Source: Waterburya sp. (GTDB lineage Bacteria; Cyanobacteriota; Cyanobacteriia; Cyanobacteriales; Xenococcaceae). From it: 64,000 bases of DNA. The notes below the pieces were generated by a model. It was not told the DNA's origin, ran no database searches, and was given only the letters and a program-made list of their open reading frames with translations. The translations under genes were made by a program, and so were the position numbers. The stretch is taken from positions 576,001 through 640,000 of the forward strand of contig CBDCJV010000002.1 of the NCBI GenBank assembly GCA_965217895.1, written 5' to 3'. Position 1 is the stretch's first letter, and every line of letters begins with the position of its first letter. Positions 40,748-50,857 of this stretch are shown here, in pieces.

Positions 40748-41248
40748 TTAATTCCGAATACTTCCATCAGGCATAACTGTTTGATAAAATCTAGCTCCAG
40801 TAAAATTCACTCCATCTAAGTTGGCATCTTTAAAATTTGCAAAGCGCAAGTTTGCCCATACTAGTTGTGCATCCTGCAAGTTGGCATTTTTAAGATTTGC
40901 GCTACTTAAATTGGCATGGTTTAAGACAGCATGATCGAGATTAGCCTTCTCTAAATTTGCTTCAATCAAACTAGCTCGATATAAATGTGCGTGGCTTAGA
41001 TTTGCAGCATAGAGGATAGCTCGGTTTAAATATGCTCGTTCAAAATTAGTCCTACTTAAAATAGCTCGGTTCAAGTAAGCGTCGCTGAGATTAATGCTTG
41101 CTAAATACGTCTTATGTAGACATACATTTTGTAGGTAAGAATGAGAAAAGTCTCTTCTGCTTTCTAAGTAAGCTTCTTTTAGCAGCTCTGCCTTCATTAC
41201 AGTATGGTGTCGGTCTGATTCAACGTTAGTGATTGTTACTTTTATCAT
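40748..41248 (-). CDS. Pentapeptide repeat protein
   Basis: A(N/D/Y)LxxA repeats, MPDG terminus. Confidence 0.92.
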   Translation of the reverse strand: MIKVTITNVESDRHHTVMKAELLKEAYLESRRDFSHSYLQNVCLHKTYLASINLSDAYLNRAILSRTNFERAYLNRAILYAANLSHAHLYRASLIEANLEKANLDHAVLNHANLSSANLKNANLQDAQLVWANLRFANFKDANLDGVNFTGARFYQTVMPDGSIRN

Positions 41249-41262
41249 TGATTTTTACCTCT

Positions 41263-41484
41263 CTAATCTTGCGACCATTCGTCATGAGCCAATAGATCGC
41301 AAATATGGTCTCTTAATAAATAATCACTTCTTTCTAATTCGCATTCGGCATAGAGCCATTCCCTAGGAGGAATAAACTCGCATAGAACCTGAATTTGCTG
41401 ATGAATATCGATCTTGCCTATTTCGACTAGATGGCGAGCTTCATCTTTAATTTCGTCTATGGAATAGTTGACGGTAGTAAACAT
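41263..41484 (-). CDS. DUF4327-like small cyanobacterial protein
   Basis: YSIDEIKDEARHLV...REWLYAECELERSDYLLRDHICDL. Confidence 0.8.
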   Translation of the reverse strand: MFTTVNYSIDEIKDEARHLVEIGKIDIHQQIQVLCEFIPPREWLYAECELERSDYLLRDHICDLLAHDEWSQD

Positions 41485-41594
41485 GATTTACCTCACTACT
41501 TAATTCGATTTCAATCTCAAGCTAGACAATTAGTTTGAGGAAGTTGTGAGAACTCAACAGAAGATCGAGCTTACGAGAGTTAGTTTTTAGGCAT

Positions 41595-41831
41595 CTACTC
41601 AGCACTCTTATCTATTTGCTGAATATAGTCTAGGGTCTGTTGAGCCTCATTTTCGTTAATAATGCTCAAAGCAAAACCAGCATGAACAATCACATAGTCA
41701 TCGATCTGTGCTTGGGGAACATATGCTAGGCTGACCTGTTTTATCAATCCGCCAAAGCTAACTCTACCCATTCTTAGTAAAGGTTCATCGCTATTAGTGG
41801 AGATAATTTTTCCAGGTACAGCCAAACACAT
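41595..41831 (-). CDS. hypC: [NiFe]-hydrogenase maturation chaperone HypC
   Basis: MCLAVPGKI N-terminus, DYVIVHAGFA. Confidence 0.95.
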   Translation of the reverse strand: MCLAVPGKIISTNSDEPLLRMGRVSFGGLIKQVSLAYVPQAQIDDYVIVHAGFALSIINENEAQQTLDYIQQIDKSAE

Positions 41832-41850
41832 AATTTGTTGCCCAATTTAA

Positions 41851-42069
41851 TCAATTATCCAAAAGGTCGCCAATTGAGTTGGCAATCGGCGAATAGCCAT
41901 TTGATTCTATTTCGCATTCAACTAATTCCCATTCACCTGCTGAAAAGAATTGGCTGAGATTATAGATAGCTTGTTCGCGGTTTAGGCTGTGAATATCAAC
42001 TAAGTGACGAACTTCTTTTCTAATTTCTTTAATGGAAGTATCTGTTTTGAAAGTCATCATGTACCTCAC
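41851..42069 (-). CDS. DUF4327-like paralogue
   Basis: SIKEIRKEVRHLV...EWELVECEIE..IGDLL; upstream sequence resembles that of 41263-41484. Confidence 0.75.
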   Translation of the reverse strand: MRYMMTFKTDTSIKEIRKEVRHLVDIHSLNREQAIYNLSQFFSAGEWELVECEIESNGYSPIANSIGDLLDN

Positions 42070-42325
42070 TGGTTAATTCGTTCTCAGGTTTAAGATATGA
42101 GAAAAGCTTGAAGAACTTGTGAGGATTAGCGATCGCCCTCTACTTTAACTAATACTCTTTCAGAAGAATTCTTCACCCATCCCGTTAATCCTAGCGTTGT
42201 TGCCAATTGATAAACAAAAGGGCGAAAACCCACACCTTGAACTATTTCTTCAATTTCAAGATGTAGGCTTTGCTGCATGATTTTTAGGCTTTAAATTACT
42301 CTACAGATTTTAGATGTTTACTGAA

Positions 42326-43398
42326 TTAGCTGACAATAGTTGATTCACTATTTGCTAAAATCAAGGGAAAATGATGGGTGTTTGGCGAATGCATGGATTG
42401 AATGCCAAGATTTGCTCGATTCAAAATGTCCGCATCGCTGGGAATTACCCGAACTTGACTATTTAAAATCGATTGATTGAAATTAAAGCCGTTAAGGTTA
42501 AACGCCATCGTACTTACCCCGACTGCTGCACACCAAATACCGATAGTCGCTACGGCTACCAAAAGGAAATGAAAAGCTCGGTGGTTGCTACTAGCAAACC
42601 AAGGAATAAGTAATCTACCCAAGAATCCATAGTGTCCAGCCATGTAGTTATAGGTAATTTCTTTCTGACCAAATTTATAACCTTTGTCGGCAGATTCATT
42701 TTCTATAGTTTCCCGAATCAATGTTGAAGTAACTAATGAACCGTGTAAAGCTGCTAATAACGCACCACAAAATACTCCCAGCTACCCCTAACATATGGAA
42801 GGGATTCATCAGAATATTATGGTCGGCTTGAAACGCCAGCATAAAGTGGAAAGTTCCTACAATTCCCAAAGGTAGTCCTTCAGAAAAGCTTCCCTGACCG
42901 ATTGGATAAACCAGCAATACGGCTGTTGCTGCTGCCACTGGTGCCAGAGAAAGCGATCGCAATCCAAGGACGCAAACCTTCGCGGTAACTTAGTTCCCAT
43001 TGCCTGCCCAGATAGCACCAAATACCAATTAAAAAGTGAAACACAACCAACTGATATGCACCACCATTATATAGCCATTCCTCTAAAGAACTCGCTTCCC
43101 AAATCGGATAAAAGTGTAGTCCCACAGCAGCGGAAGTAGGCACTACAGCAGCAGTGATAATATTATTGCCACCTAGCAAAGAACCAATTACAGGTTCGCG
43201 AATGCCATCAACATCCACTCCAGGGGCAGCAATAAAAGCCACGATAAAATAAATAGTTGCAGCAAAAAGTGTGGGAATCATCAACACCCCAAACCAACCA
43301 ATATAGATGCGATTATTGGTACTGGTAATCCAGCGACAAAACTGCTCCCAAATACTGAGAAAATCGGCTCTAGAACGCCTTCTAATAAAAGTGTTCAT
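42326..43398 (-). pseudogene. psbA: Rogue-type (group 2) photosystem II D1 with two +1 frameshifts
   Basis: [14 protein letters not shown]; Mn-ligand positions altered (SFSEG, FQADH, MHSPN, PLILA); [22 protein letters not shown]; extra G near 42945 and near 42779. Confidence 0.92.
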
Positions 43399-43533
43399 GA
43401 GTTAAATACTCCTAATTTAATACTTTCTCGGATAGAAAAGTTAGTGGTTGGTCGTTAGTTGCTAATAGACATAAAGGTGTCAAAAATCTGAAATGCGATC
43501 GCCTAATTTTGACAAACATGACCACTAACTACT

Positions 43534-43561
43534 GTAGGGGCGAACGGTCGTTCGCCCCTAC
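43534..43561. repeat. GTAG-type REP-like palindrome
   Basis: GTAGGGGCGAAC-GGTC-GTTCGCCCCTAC, perfect 12-bp stem, flanked by duplicated CCACTAACTA. Confidence 0.8.
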
Positions 43562-43570
43562 CACTAACTA

Positions 43571-44044
43571 TTAACTACCTTCCAATTTCACTTTCACCGA
43601 TTTTTTCGGTGCGTCTTCGACTTTAGGTAGAGTAAGAGTCAATACACCTTTTGTAAAGTCAGACTTAATTTCATCGGGTTTAATTGCTACGGGTAAAGGT
43701 ACAACTCGTTCAAACTTCCCGTAGTGAAATTCGGAGTGTAAATAGTTTTTGTCCTTGTCTTCGGTGGTTTTTTCTTCTTTGTGTTCTCCTGAAAGAATCA
43801 CTCGATCTTCGGCTACTTCAACTTCCAAATCTTTAACATCAATACCTGGAATTTCGGCTTTGAGAACTAGTTCTTGGTCTTGTTCTTTAATTTCCACGGC
43901 AGGAGTCCACATTCCTCCCATGTTGTGTAATCCCATCCAATCGCGATCGTTCACAGAAAGCATATCTTCAAACAAGCGATCCATTTGTTTCCTCATGGTG
44001 CTTAATTCGCGGAATGGTTGCCATTTACTGAGTGTCATAATCAA
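43571..44044 (-). CDS. Small heat shock protein (Hsp20)
   Basis: WQPFRE, WTPAVEI, SEFHYGKFERVVPLP, GVLTLTLPK. Confidence 0.95.
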   Translation of the reverse strand: MIMTLSKWQPFRELSTMRKQMDRLFEDMLSVNDRDWMGLHNMGGMWTPAVEIKEQDQELVLKAEIPGIDVKDLEVEVAEDRVILSGEHKEEKTTEDKDKNYLHSEFHYGKFERVVPLPVAIKPDEIKSDFTKGVLTLTLPKVEDAPKKSVKVKLEGS

Positions 44045-44345
44045 CCTCCATTTTTGGTTTGATAGCTTTTGAGCTTTGTTTTTAAACTAGAAAAATATTT
44101 TGAGGATGTTGTGAGGGTTGATTGTTAGTTGTTAGTTGTTAGTAGACTCCAAACTCTAGTTACTGATGAATAATTACTGGTGTGCCAATTTTTGCCCAGT
44201 CGAATAGCCATTGGGAATTTCCTACGGGAAGGTTAACGCAACCATGACTTATGGGCATACCAAAATTATTGTGCCAGTCTGCACCGTGAAGGGCATAACC
44301 GCGGTCAAAGTACAGTACGTTAGGTACATTAGAAACGTCGTATTT

Positions 44346-44570
44346 TTAACTGGAGTGAAGTAAGACTTTGCGTTCATTTTCGCTAATTGATATAGTTTTA
44401 ATGACTTCAGCAGATACTTGAGTTCCGTTTTCTAGATTAACCGTCCATTGCTGTCCAGCAATCAATATCGGGCATTCGCCTGTTACTTCTTCCCATTTCA
44501 AATATTCTCCATCTAAGTAATAATCAAAGATGCAAAAATGTCTGTTTCTACGGATATCTGTAGTACTCAT
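44346..44570 (-). CDS. Small hypothetical protein
   Basis: AGGAG RBS before ATG 44570; no motif. Confidence 0.5.
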   Translation of the reverse strand: MSTTDIRRNRHFCIFDYYLDGEYLKWEEVTGECPILIAGQQWTVNLENGTQVSAEVIKTISISENERKVLLHSS

Positions 44571-44772
44571 GATATTTTCTCCTAAATTTATTGACATCAA
44601 TTAAACAAGCACCACTTAGATTGGCGTGGCTCAGTTCGGCGCGGGACAAATTGGCACGAATTAGATTAATGCCACTCAGTTTAGCTCTGGTTAAGTCGGC
44701 AGAACCTAGCTCGGCGTTGCTAAAATCGCGATCGCCTTGAGCATACTGTCGCAGTAAAGTTTCTACATTCAT
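44548..44772 (-). pseudogene. Truncated pentapeptide repeat gene
   Basis: LLRQYAQGDRDFS plus about 8 pentapeptides, then an abrupt change of sequence character. Confidence 0.7.
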
Positions 44773-44956
44773 TTTTCCGTTGCTGATTGGCTGTTACGAG
44801 CCTATTGGCTCTCACAACTTCCTCAAATTATGGTTCTAAAACGGTAAATGGAGTTCGATAGTTTGTTGCAGTTGTTCGACGAGTTCTGAAATGAGCTATC
44901 TACCTCTAGTAAATTCCTTTTTGTTCTATACCTATTTATTTTCCAAGGTATCAATT

Positions 44957-45889
44957 ATGGTAAATCAACAACGCCTCAAAGCTTATTTGGATGTGGTTCA
45001 AGGACTATTAAGTTGTCCTTTAGGAGAAGAATGGATCTTACTCCGCCAACACCAAGAATTAGTCAATCCCGAATTAGTTGAAGTGATGGAACAAGTGGCA
45101 CATCACCTTACAGCACAAGGAGATCTTAAAGCAGCTACATACCTACATAATTGGGCGGGAAAACTACACCATATCTTGACAGAAAATATTCCCGCTCCCG
45201 TCAAAGATAACGATAAAACTCAAGCATATCTAGAGTTTATTCAAGCTTTATTAGATTGTCCCGATTGCTGTGAACCAAAAGTTATCCAAGCTCATAAAGA
45301 TTTGATCGAGCCTGGGTTGATCGCGATAATGAGGCAAATTGCTCATAAGATGGCATTGGAAGGTGATAAAGAGTCAGCCAATTACTTGTTGGAATACGCA
45401 GCAGATCTCAATGCTGTCTGGCTACACAAGCATCAATTTGAGCCAACTTTCAAGCAAGAAATTGCTGCCGATCCTTGGCTGGATGAATATTCTAACTCAT
45501 CAGATTTACCTGTAACGGCAAGTCAGCCAGATAACTCAAAAGAATTGGTAAAGGAAAAAGTCGAACAACCTGCGTCTTTAACTACTCAGACTAAGGTAAA
45601 AAGCGATCCACAGCCAGCTAAAAAGTCAACAACTGCCGATATTTTAATCGAATTAGAATCAATTTTAGCTGCTCGACTACAGCCAGCAAATCCATTGTGG
45701 TATATGGATGTTTTGGAAAAGGCACTAGCTAACAACTGGATTTTGACAACCGATGAAGTTGAAAAACTAATTGGCGTTAAACCTCACTGCGAACATAATC
45801 AAACTGAATATCATCGTGGATGCTGGGTATTTACTAAAACTGGAAAAATCGGCGCACATATAGGTTGGAACGTTAGAAAGAAAAAATAG
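44957..45889 (+). CDS. Cyanobacterial hypothetical protein with two AYL..IQ.LL.CP repeats and a C-terminal W.LTT.EV..LIG domain
   Basis: Internal repeat visible in the translation; the shared promoter box lies upstream. Confidence 0.75.
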   Translation: MVNQQRLKAYLDVVQGLLSCPLGEEWILLRQHQELVNPELVEVMEQVAHHLTAQGDLKAATYLHNWAGKLHHILTENIPAPVKDNDKTQAYLEFIQALLDCPDCCEPKVIQAHKDLIEPGLIAIMRQIAHKMALEGDKESANYLLEYAADLNAVWLHKHQFEPTFKQEIAADPWLDEYSNSSDLPVTASQPDNSKELVKEKVEQPASLTTQTKVKSDPQPAKKSTTADILIELESILAARLQPANPLWYMDVLEKALANNWILTTDEVEKLIGVKPHCEHNQTEYHRGCWVFTKTGKIGAHIGWNVRKKK

Positions 45890-46020
45890 TCTTTAATCAA
45901 TCTGTAGAGTTTGCTAATGTTTACTTGCTAATATTAGATTTGCTTTTAATCCAGATTACAAACATCTTAAAATTAGTCGATAAGTAGTTCCATATAAAAT
46001 TCTGCGTAAATCAGAACTTA

Positions 46021-46617
46021 CTAATCTTGCTTGAGTTTATTATATTTTTCTTCTAACAATCTGTAGTTCATATGTATTAAAGAGACTTCATTGGGAAATG
46101 AACTAGTTAGTATTTTTTGCAATGAATAAATTCCTGAAACAACAAAACTGTATTCAACTTCTACTATTAAATCAAACTCTAATCTATCTACATATTTGTA
46201 CCAAGGTAATACTGTGTCTCGAAAAAGCGTTTGCAGTAGCTTGACATCTATCAATCCTGACTTGGCTAATTTGTTTAAATCTGCAAAGAACACCATCACC
46301 AAAATAAATTTTTCTATAAAATCTTCTGATAAATATTGTGGCGGTTGGTAGTTATGACTCGGTTGAGACAGAAACTTAAGTTCAGATAATCTAACTTTTC
46401 GCTCGCTCCATTGGCAGCCATAAGCGGGGGGTTGGTCGAAAAATGCTTTCAATTGCTTCATTACATCAGTATGATCTTGGTATAAAGGATTACTAATCCA
46501 TCTCTCATATACTTTTATACACAGGTCTTTTTTACCCTTACGCCCATTGACCCATGCCGTCAACAAACTACCTCCTACAGCACCAAACAGTATGTTAAAT
46601 ATAAAATCAAACTTCAT
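46021..46617 (-). CDS. Hypothetical protein with an N-terminal TM helix
   Basis: 198-aa AT-rich ORF. Confidence 0.6.
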   Translation of the reverse strand: MKFDFIFNILFGAVGGSLLTAWVNGRKGKKDLCIKVYERWISNPLYQDHTDVMKQLKAFFDQPPAYGCQWSERKVRLSELKFLSQPSHNYQPPQYLSEDFIEKFILVMVFFADLNKLAKSGLIDVKLLQTLFRDTVLPWYKYVDRLEFDLIVEVEYSFVVSGIYSLQKILTSSFPNEVSLIHMNYRLLEEKYNKLKQD

Positions 46618-46688
46618 AAATCAACTACGTCTATACATTGAAGTTTGTCCATTCTAGAAGCTGCTACGACATTTGGCTTGTTAAGTAA

Positions 46689-46823
46689 TTAGGTCGGTTA
46701 GAACCAGCAGGAGAGGTAATCAAACTTTCGGTAGCCAATGCTCAAGACAGTCGTGTTAATAAGCTATACGTGCACGAAGGCGATCGCGTTTCGGCGAATC
46801 AATTAATTGCTACTCTACTTTGA
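46689..46823 (+). pseudogene. devB: DevB-like membrane fusion protein fragment
   Basis: Manual translation LGRLEPAGEVIKLSVANAQDSRVNKLYVHEGDRVSANQLIATL. Confidence 0.75.
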
Positions 46824-47641
46824 AACAAAAAGGTAACGAATGTTGCGATTCTGGCATTCGATCCCGCTCATCCTGTACTTAATTTACCTGATGTTAATTC
46901 TCAGTTAGACCAAATAAAATTACCCGATAAAGTATTGATATCGACAGGCTAGACCAGATTTGGGCGCGATCGCTCAAGCCTATGATAATGGCAAAACAGT
47001 CACTACAGAAATATCTGGGCGGAGAATTAGCGTTGGTGGAATGTTTGATTTTGGCAGTATCCTGTTTGTCGAAGGTTTTTTGATTACTAGCGATTGGAAT
47101 TATCTCAGGCTGTACGGTGCAAATAGTATTGAGAATGTAAAAGTTGGCGTGTTGAATGTAGCTGATAATGCTCATGCAGCTACAGTTAAAGCTAGAGTAA
47201 GAGAAAGTTTACCTAATACAGTTTCGGTAATGACTGCCGATGAATTTATCACAGCAGAAAAAGACTTTTGGGATCAAAAGCACCCCGCAGGAACAATCTT
47301 TAACTTTGGTGTGGCGAAGGGGTTTGTCGTCGGGGTAGTGATTGTCTATCAAGTATTGTTTGCTGACGTAAACGACCATTTAGCCGAATATGCCACTCTC
47401 AAAGCGATGGGGTTTCCCGATAAGAGCCTTCTCGTTGTCGTATTCCAAGAGGCAATTATCTTAGCTGTACTAGGTTTTATTCCTGGCTTCGGCGTATCGA
47501 TTGGAATGTATGCTTTGTTAGAGGGCTTGACCCAAATGCCATTGGCAATGGGTTCGGCTGTAGCGGGGCGGGTATTTTTTCTCACCGTTACAAATCGCGA
47601 TTTGTAAGCTGCAATCTGCCGATCCTGCGGAGGTATTTTAG
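46822..47641 (+). pseudogene. devC: DevC-like ABC exporter permease, 5'-truncated and frameshifted
   Basis: GFVVGVVIVYQVLFADVNDHLAEYATLKAMGF; out-of-frame terminus KLQSADPAEVF*. Confidence 0.85.
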
Positions 47642-47721
47642 GTTTTTGTTAGTTGTTGGTTGTTAGTTGTTAGTTGTTAGCGGGAACTATGGAATCAGAA
47701 TTATCTACAAAAGCCTAATCC

Positions 47722-48186
47722 ATGTTCTTAGTCAGTGACACAAGCATATCCCGCCAATCAGGAATTTTAGCATTAATGACTGAAGATCCAGCATTATCAG
47801 TACTTCTAGCAGTTATACATTTTGAATGGACGATTCGACGTGCGATTATTGCTCTTGGAAGTTCTCCTAATGTGGTCGTTAGGAAAAAGCTCAAAGAAAA
47901 AGGTAATGGTGACGAAAATTACAAAAAACTTTGGAAAGAGGAGGTGTTTCCAAGGGTAAACAAACGTCTTCCTGAAATAGTCAAAAATTGGGCTGGGTTA
48001 AAAAAATCATTTAAGCTCAGACATAAACTAGTTCATGGGGTAGGGTCTTGTGGTAAAAGCGACTATGCCTGCGAACGAGTAAAATGGGCTATAGAAGCTG
48101 CTACTGATGTAAGAGAATACTGCAAACTCAACAACGTAGATTTAGATTCACGTCTACCAGTACGACGTAAATTGCATCCTAATTAA
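47722..48186 (+). CDS. Small protein with a HEPN-like RxxxxH motif
   Basis: Helical; AVIHFEWTIRR (upstream Glu) and LRHKLVHG. Confidence 0.6.
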   Translation: MFLVSDTSISRQSGILALMTEDPALSVLLAVIHFEWTIRRAIIALGSSPNVVVRKKLKEKGNGDENYKKLWKEEVFPRVNKRLPEIVKNWAGLKKSFKLRHKLVHGVGSCGKSDYACERVKWAIEAATDVREYCKLNNVDLDSRLPVRRKLHPN

Positions 48187-48339
48187 AACCTAATTAATTA
48201 TCAACCAGCACCAACTAACGACTAACAGCAAAAAAAATCTCAATTTCAAACGATCTAATAAACAAACTCGCCTTACTCACAAATTCCTCAACTTATTTCG
48301 CCAATATTAAAGCTGTAGAGAGAATTAGGAGCAGAGAGA

Positions 48340-48597
48340 ATGCTGGACTCAAAAAATATCAAAGACAACTTTTTGTATCCCATCAGTAATTATCACGGTG
48401 AGTTTACTCCTCAAAACTTGGCATTTAATGCTAATTTACAAGAGTTTGCCCAACAGGTAATCTATCTTTGCAACCTAGAAGCTAACGGCAAGATTAAACC
48501 TGAAAATGCTTACGATGAAATTAGAAAGTTTTGGAAACATCTAAAACATTCCAAGAAAAAACTGCTAGACAATACTGACTTTACCACCGATAAGTGA
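48340..48597 (+). CDS. Conserved small cyanobacterial protein
   Basis: FLYP...YHGEFTPQNLAFNANLQEFAQ...LEANGKI..AY..I..W. Confidence 0.8.
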   Translation: MLDSKNIKDNFLYPISNYHGEFTPQNLAFNANLQEFAQQVIYLCNLEANGKIKPENAYDEIRKFWKHLKHSKKKLLDNTDFTTDK

Positions 48598-48610
48598 GCG
48601 GTTATTTACC

Positions 48611-49618
48611 ATGACCGACAATAATGACATTGTAACTCTACAACAATTGGCATATCAAGCGATCGCCAAACACAGTCATCGAATGCTCAAGCATGAAGCG
48701 GGAGTTTTGCTAGATAACGATCCTGAAGACCTCCACCAAATGCGAGTGGGAATGAGGCGTTTACAAAGTGCGATCGCAGGATTTGATTTGGCGATCAATT
48801 TACCAGAGATAGTTACGGGCAAAAATATTGCTAAGATCGGACACTCATTGGGCAAACTCAGGGATTTAGATGTATTGCTACAAGTTTTGAGTAATAACTA
48901 TAGATCGCAATTACCAACTAAAGAACAGAAGAATTTAGATCGAGTTATTAAATCTCTTGAGAAACGACGCAAACTCGAAGTAGAGCAAGTTCGTAAAACC
49001 CTAAACAGTAAACTCTACTTAAATCTGAAGCAGGTGCTCAACGATTGGCTTGAGCAACCAAAATATACGCGAGCGAGTAATTTAGCTCTTGACTATGCGC
49101 TACCAGATTTATTACTGCCACAGATTTCTCAATTTTTACTCCATCCAGGTTGGTTTGTTGGAGTAGAATTTGAATCGGGAGAAATCGCATTCCCTAACAT
49201 TTTGAACAGGGATGCGATCGAACAACTTCTAACCAGGGAAGATTCGTTTTTGCATGACCTACGTAAATCAGCCAAGAAAACTCGATATAGTTTGGAGCTA
49301 TTTTCTCAATTTTATGGAGATGCCTATATTAGCTATCTCCAGCAAGTAGAAGAAATTCAAGAAATCTTAGGTCAAATTCAAGATACCCATGTTTTGCGAA
49401 AAGTTCTAGAAAAGACGTTGCGTCGCGAAGCCATGCCGTTAGGCTTATCGCCAATTGCCGAAAGAATGCCCGAACTAGCCAGTCTGCTGCTAAAAATCCG
49501 CTATCACAAATGGCTTGAATGGCAAAATTTACAGCAACAATTTCTCAAAGACCAAACTAGACACGAATTCAGACACGCAATACAGAAGCCTTCATGTAGT
49601 CAGAAGTTAATTAACTAA
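48611..49618 (+). CDS. CHAD domain (polyphosphate-binding) protein
   Basis: DPEDLHQMRVGMRRL, LGKLRDLDV, LHDLRK..KKTRY, QEILGQIQD. Confidence 0.9.
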   Translation: MTDNNDIVTLQQLAYQAIAKHSHRMLKHEAGVLLDNDPEDLHQMRVGMRRLQSAIAGFDLAINLPEIVTGKNIAKIGHSLGKLRDLDVLLQVLSNNYRSQLPTKEQKNLDRVIKSLEKRRKLEVEQVRKTLNSKLYLNLKQVLNDWLEQPKYTRASNLALDYALPDLLLPQISQFLLHPGWFVGVEFESGEIAFPNILNRDAIEQLLTREDSFLHDLRKSAKKTRYSLELFSQFYGDAYISYLQQVEEIQEILGQIQDTHVLRKVLEKTLRREAMPLGLSPIAERMPELASLLLKIRYHKWLEWQNLQQQFLKDQTRHEFRHAIQKPSCSQKLIN

Positions 49619-49623
49619 CAGCC

Positions 49624-50322
49624 ATGCTCAAACAAGTTGTCACTATCAATCATCTAAATCATGCTTTTGGCAAAGGTGAATTACGTAAACTCGTACTATT
49701 TGATGTAGATTTGGGCATTGATGCGGGCGAAATCGCGATTATGACTGGTTCTTCTGGTAGTGGCAAGACTACTTTATTGACTCTCATTGGAGGACTGCGA
49801 TCAGTGCAGTCAGGTAGCGTTAATATTTTGGGACAAGAACTTTATGGTGCAAGCAAACCAGAATTAGTCAAAGTTCGTAACCAAATTGGCTTTATTTTTC
49901 AATCTCACAACCTGCTGTCATGTTTGACGGTAGAACAAAATGTGCGGATGTCTCTCAGACTACATCAAGAAATTCTCTTTGATGAACGTAGTGCTATGAC
50001 GACTCACATCTTAGAAGAGGTAGGGCTAGGAGATAAGTTAAATTTTTACCCAGATAGCCTTTCTGGAGGACAACAGCAAAGAGTTGCGATCGCACGGGCA
50101 TTAGTCAGTAAACCTCAATTAGTTTTAGCTGACGAACCCACCGCAGCTTTAGACAGCAAATCTGGTCGTAATATTGTGGAGATTATGCAGCAGTTAGCGA
50201 AAGAACAAGGCTGCACGATTTTGTTAGTTACTCACGACAATCGCATTTTGGATATAGCCGATCGCATTATTCATATGGAAGATGGCAAATTGGCTAAGGA
50301 TATGGCTTTGGTTAGTTGTTAG
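49624..50322 (+). CDS. devA: DevA-like ABC exporter ATPase
   Basis: GSSGSGKTT, LSGGQQQR, LADEPTAALD, VTHDNRILD. Confidence 0.9.
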   Translation: MLKQVVTINHLNHAFGKGELRKLVLFDVDLGIDAGEIAIMTGSSGSGKTTLLTLIGGLRSVQSGSVNILGQELYGASKPELVKVRNQIGFIFQSHNLLSCLTVEQNVRMSLRLHQEILFDERSAMTTHILEEVGLGDKLNFYPDSLSGGQQQRVAIARALVSKPQLVLADEPTAALDSKSGRNIVEIMQQLAKEQGCTILLVTHDNRILDIADRIIHMEDGKLAKDMALVSC

Positions 50323-50729
50323 TTGTTAGTTGTTAGTAGACTCCAAACTCTAACTACGATTGCCATACTTTCTAAATAATTTATAAGTTTGCTTGACTTT
50401 TGTACGCTCGATATTTGCATATCGATCTTGTATTGAGAAAGCAATATTTACAGTCAATGGTATTCCGATTAATTTGAGCGAGTTCCGAACCTTCTCAAAA
50501 AGTCTGGGGGCTAGCTACAAAAATTTAGACCAATGAAACAGATAGCGCGTTTGCTTCCCTTGCATATATGTAAAGTAGAGCGATCGCACTGGTAAGTAGC
50601 TAATCTTCAATAATCCATTGGCAATAGAGTTTGGAGTTTTCGTCTACTAACCAACGAGCAACCAGACGCTTTTTGATGGGATGAGCAATTACTGATAATG
50701 TATTGTTGTTAGCGATCGCATGAGGCTTT

Positions 50730-50835
50730 ATACCAACTCTCTATGACAATGCACTAAATAAAATCTAACCCCTTAGCGTCTTTGCGAGAGTTTTAAGCTC
50801 AAATAATTAAGTGCAACTTCAAGGAGAAATGGTAT
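50730..50835. mobile_element. Putative MITE of about 106 bp
   Basis: Imperfect 30-bp terminal inverted repeats ATACCAACTCTCTATGACAATGCACTAAAT vs ATACCATTTCTCCTTGAAGTTGCACTTAAT (22/30). Confidence 0.6.
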
Positions 50836-50857
50836 TAGCAAAAGCTTGGGAGGTGAA

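Noticed and set aside
42326..43398. psbA as chlorophyll f synthase (ChlF, super-rogue D1)
   Set aside because: Reads CYLGRQW without the ChlF QD motif, retains H332/H337 equivalents, and no far-red cluster genes are nearby; it fits rogue group 2.
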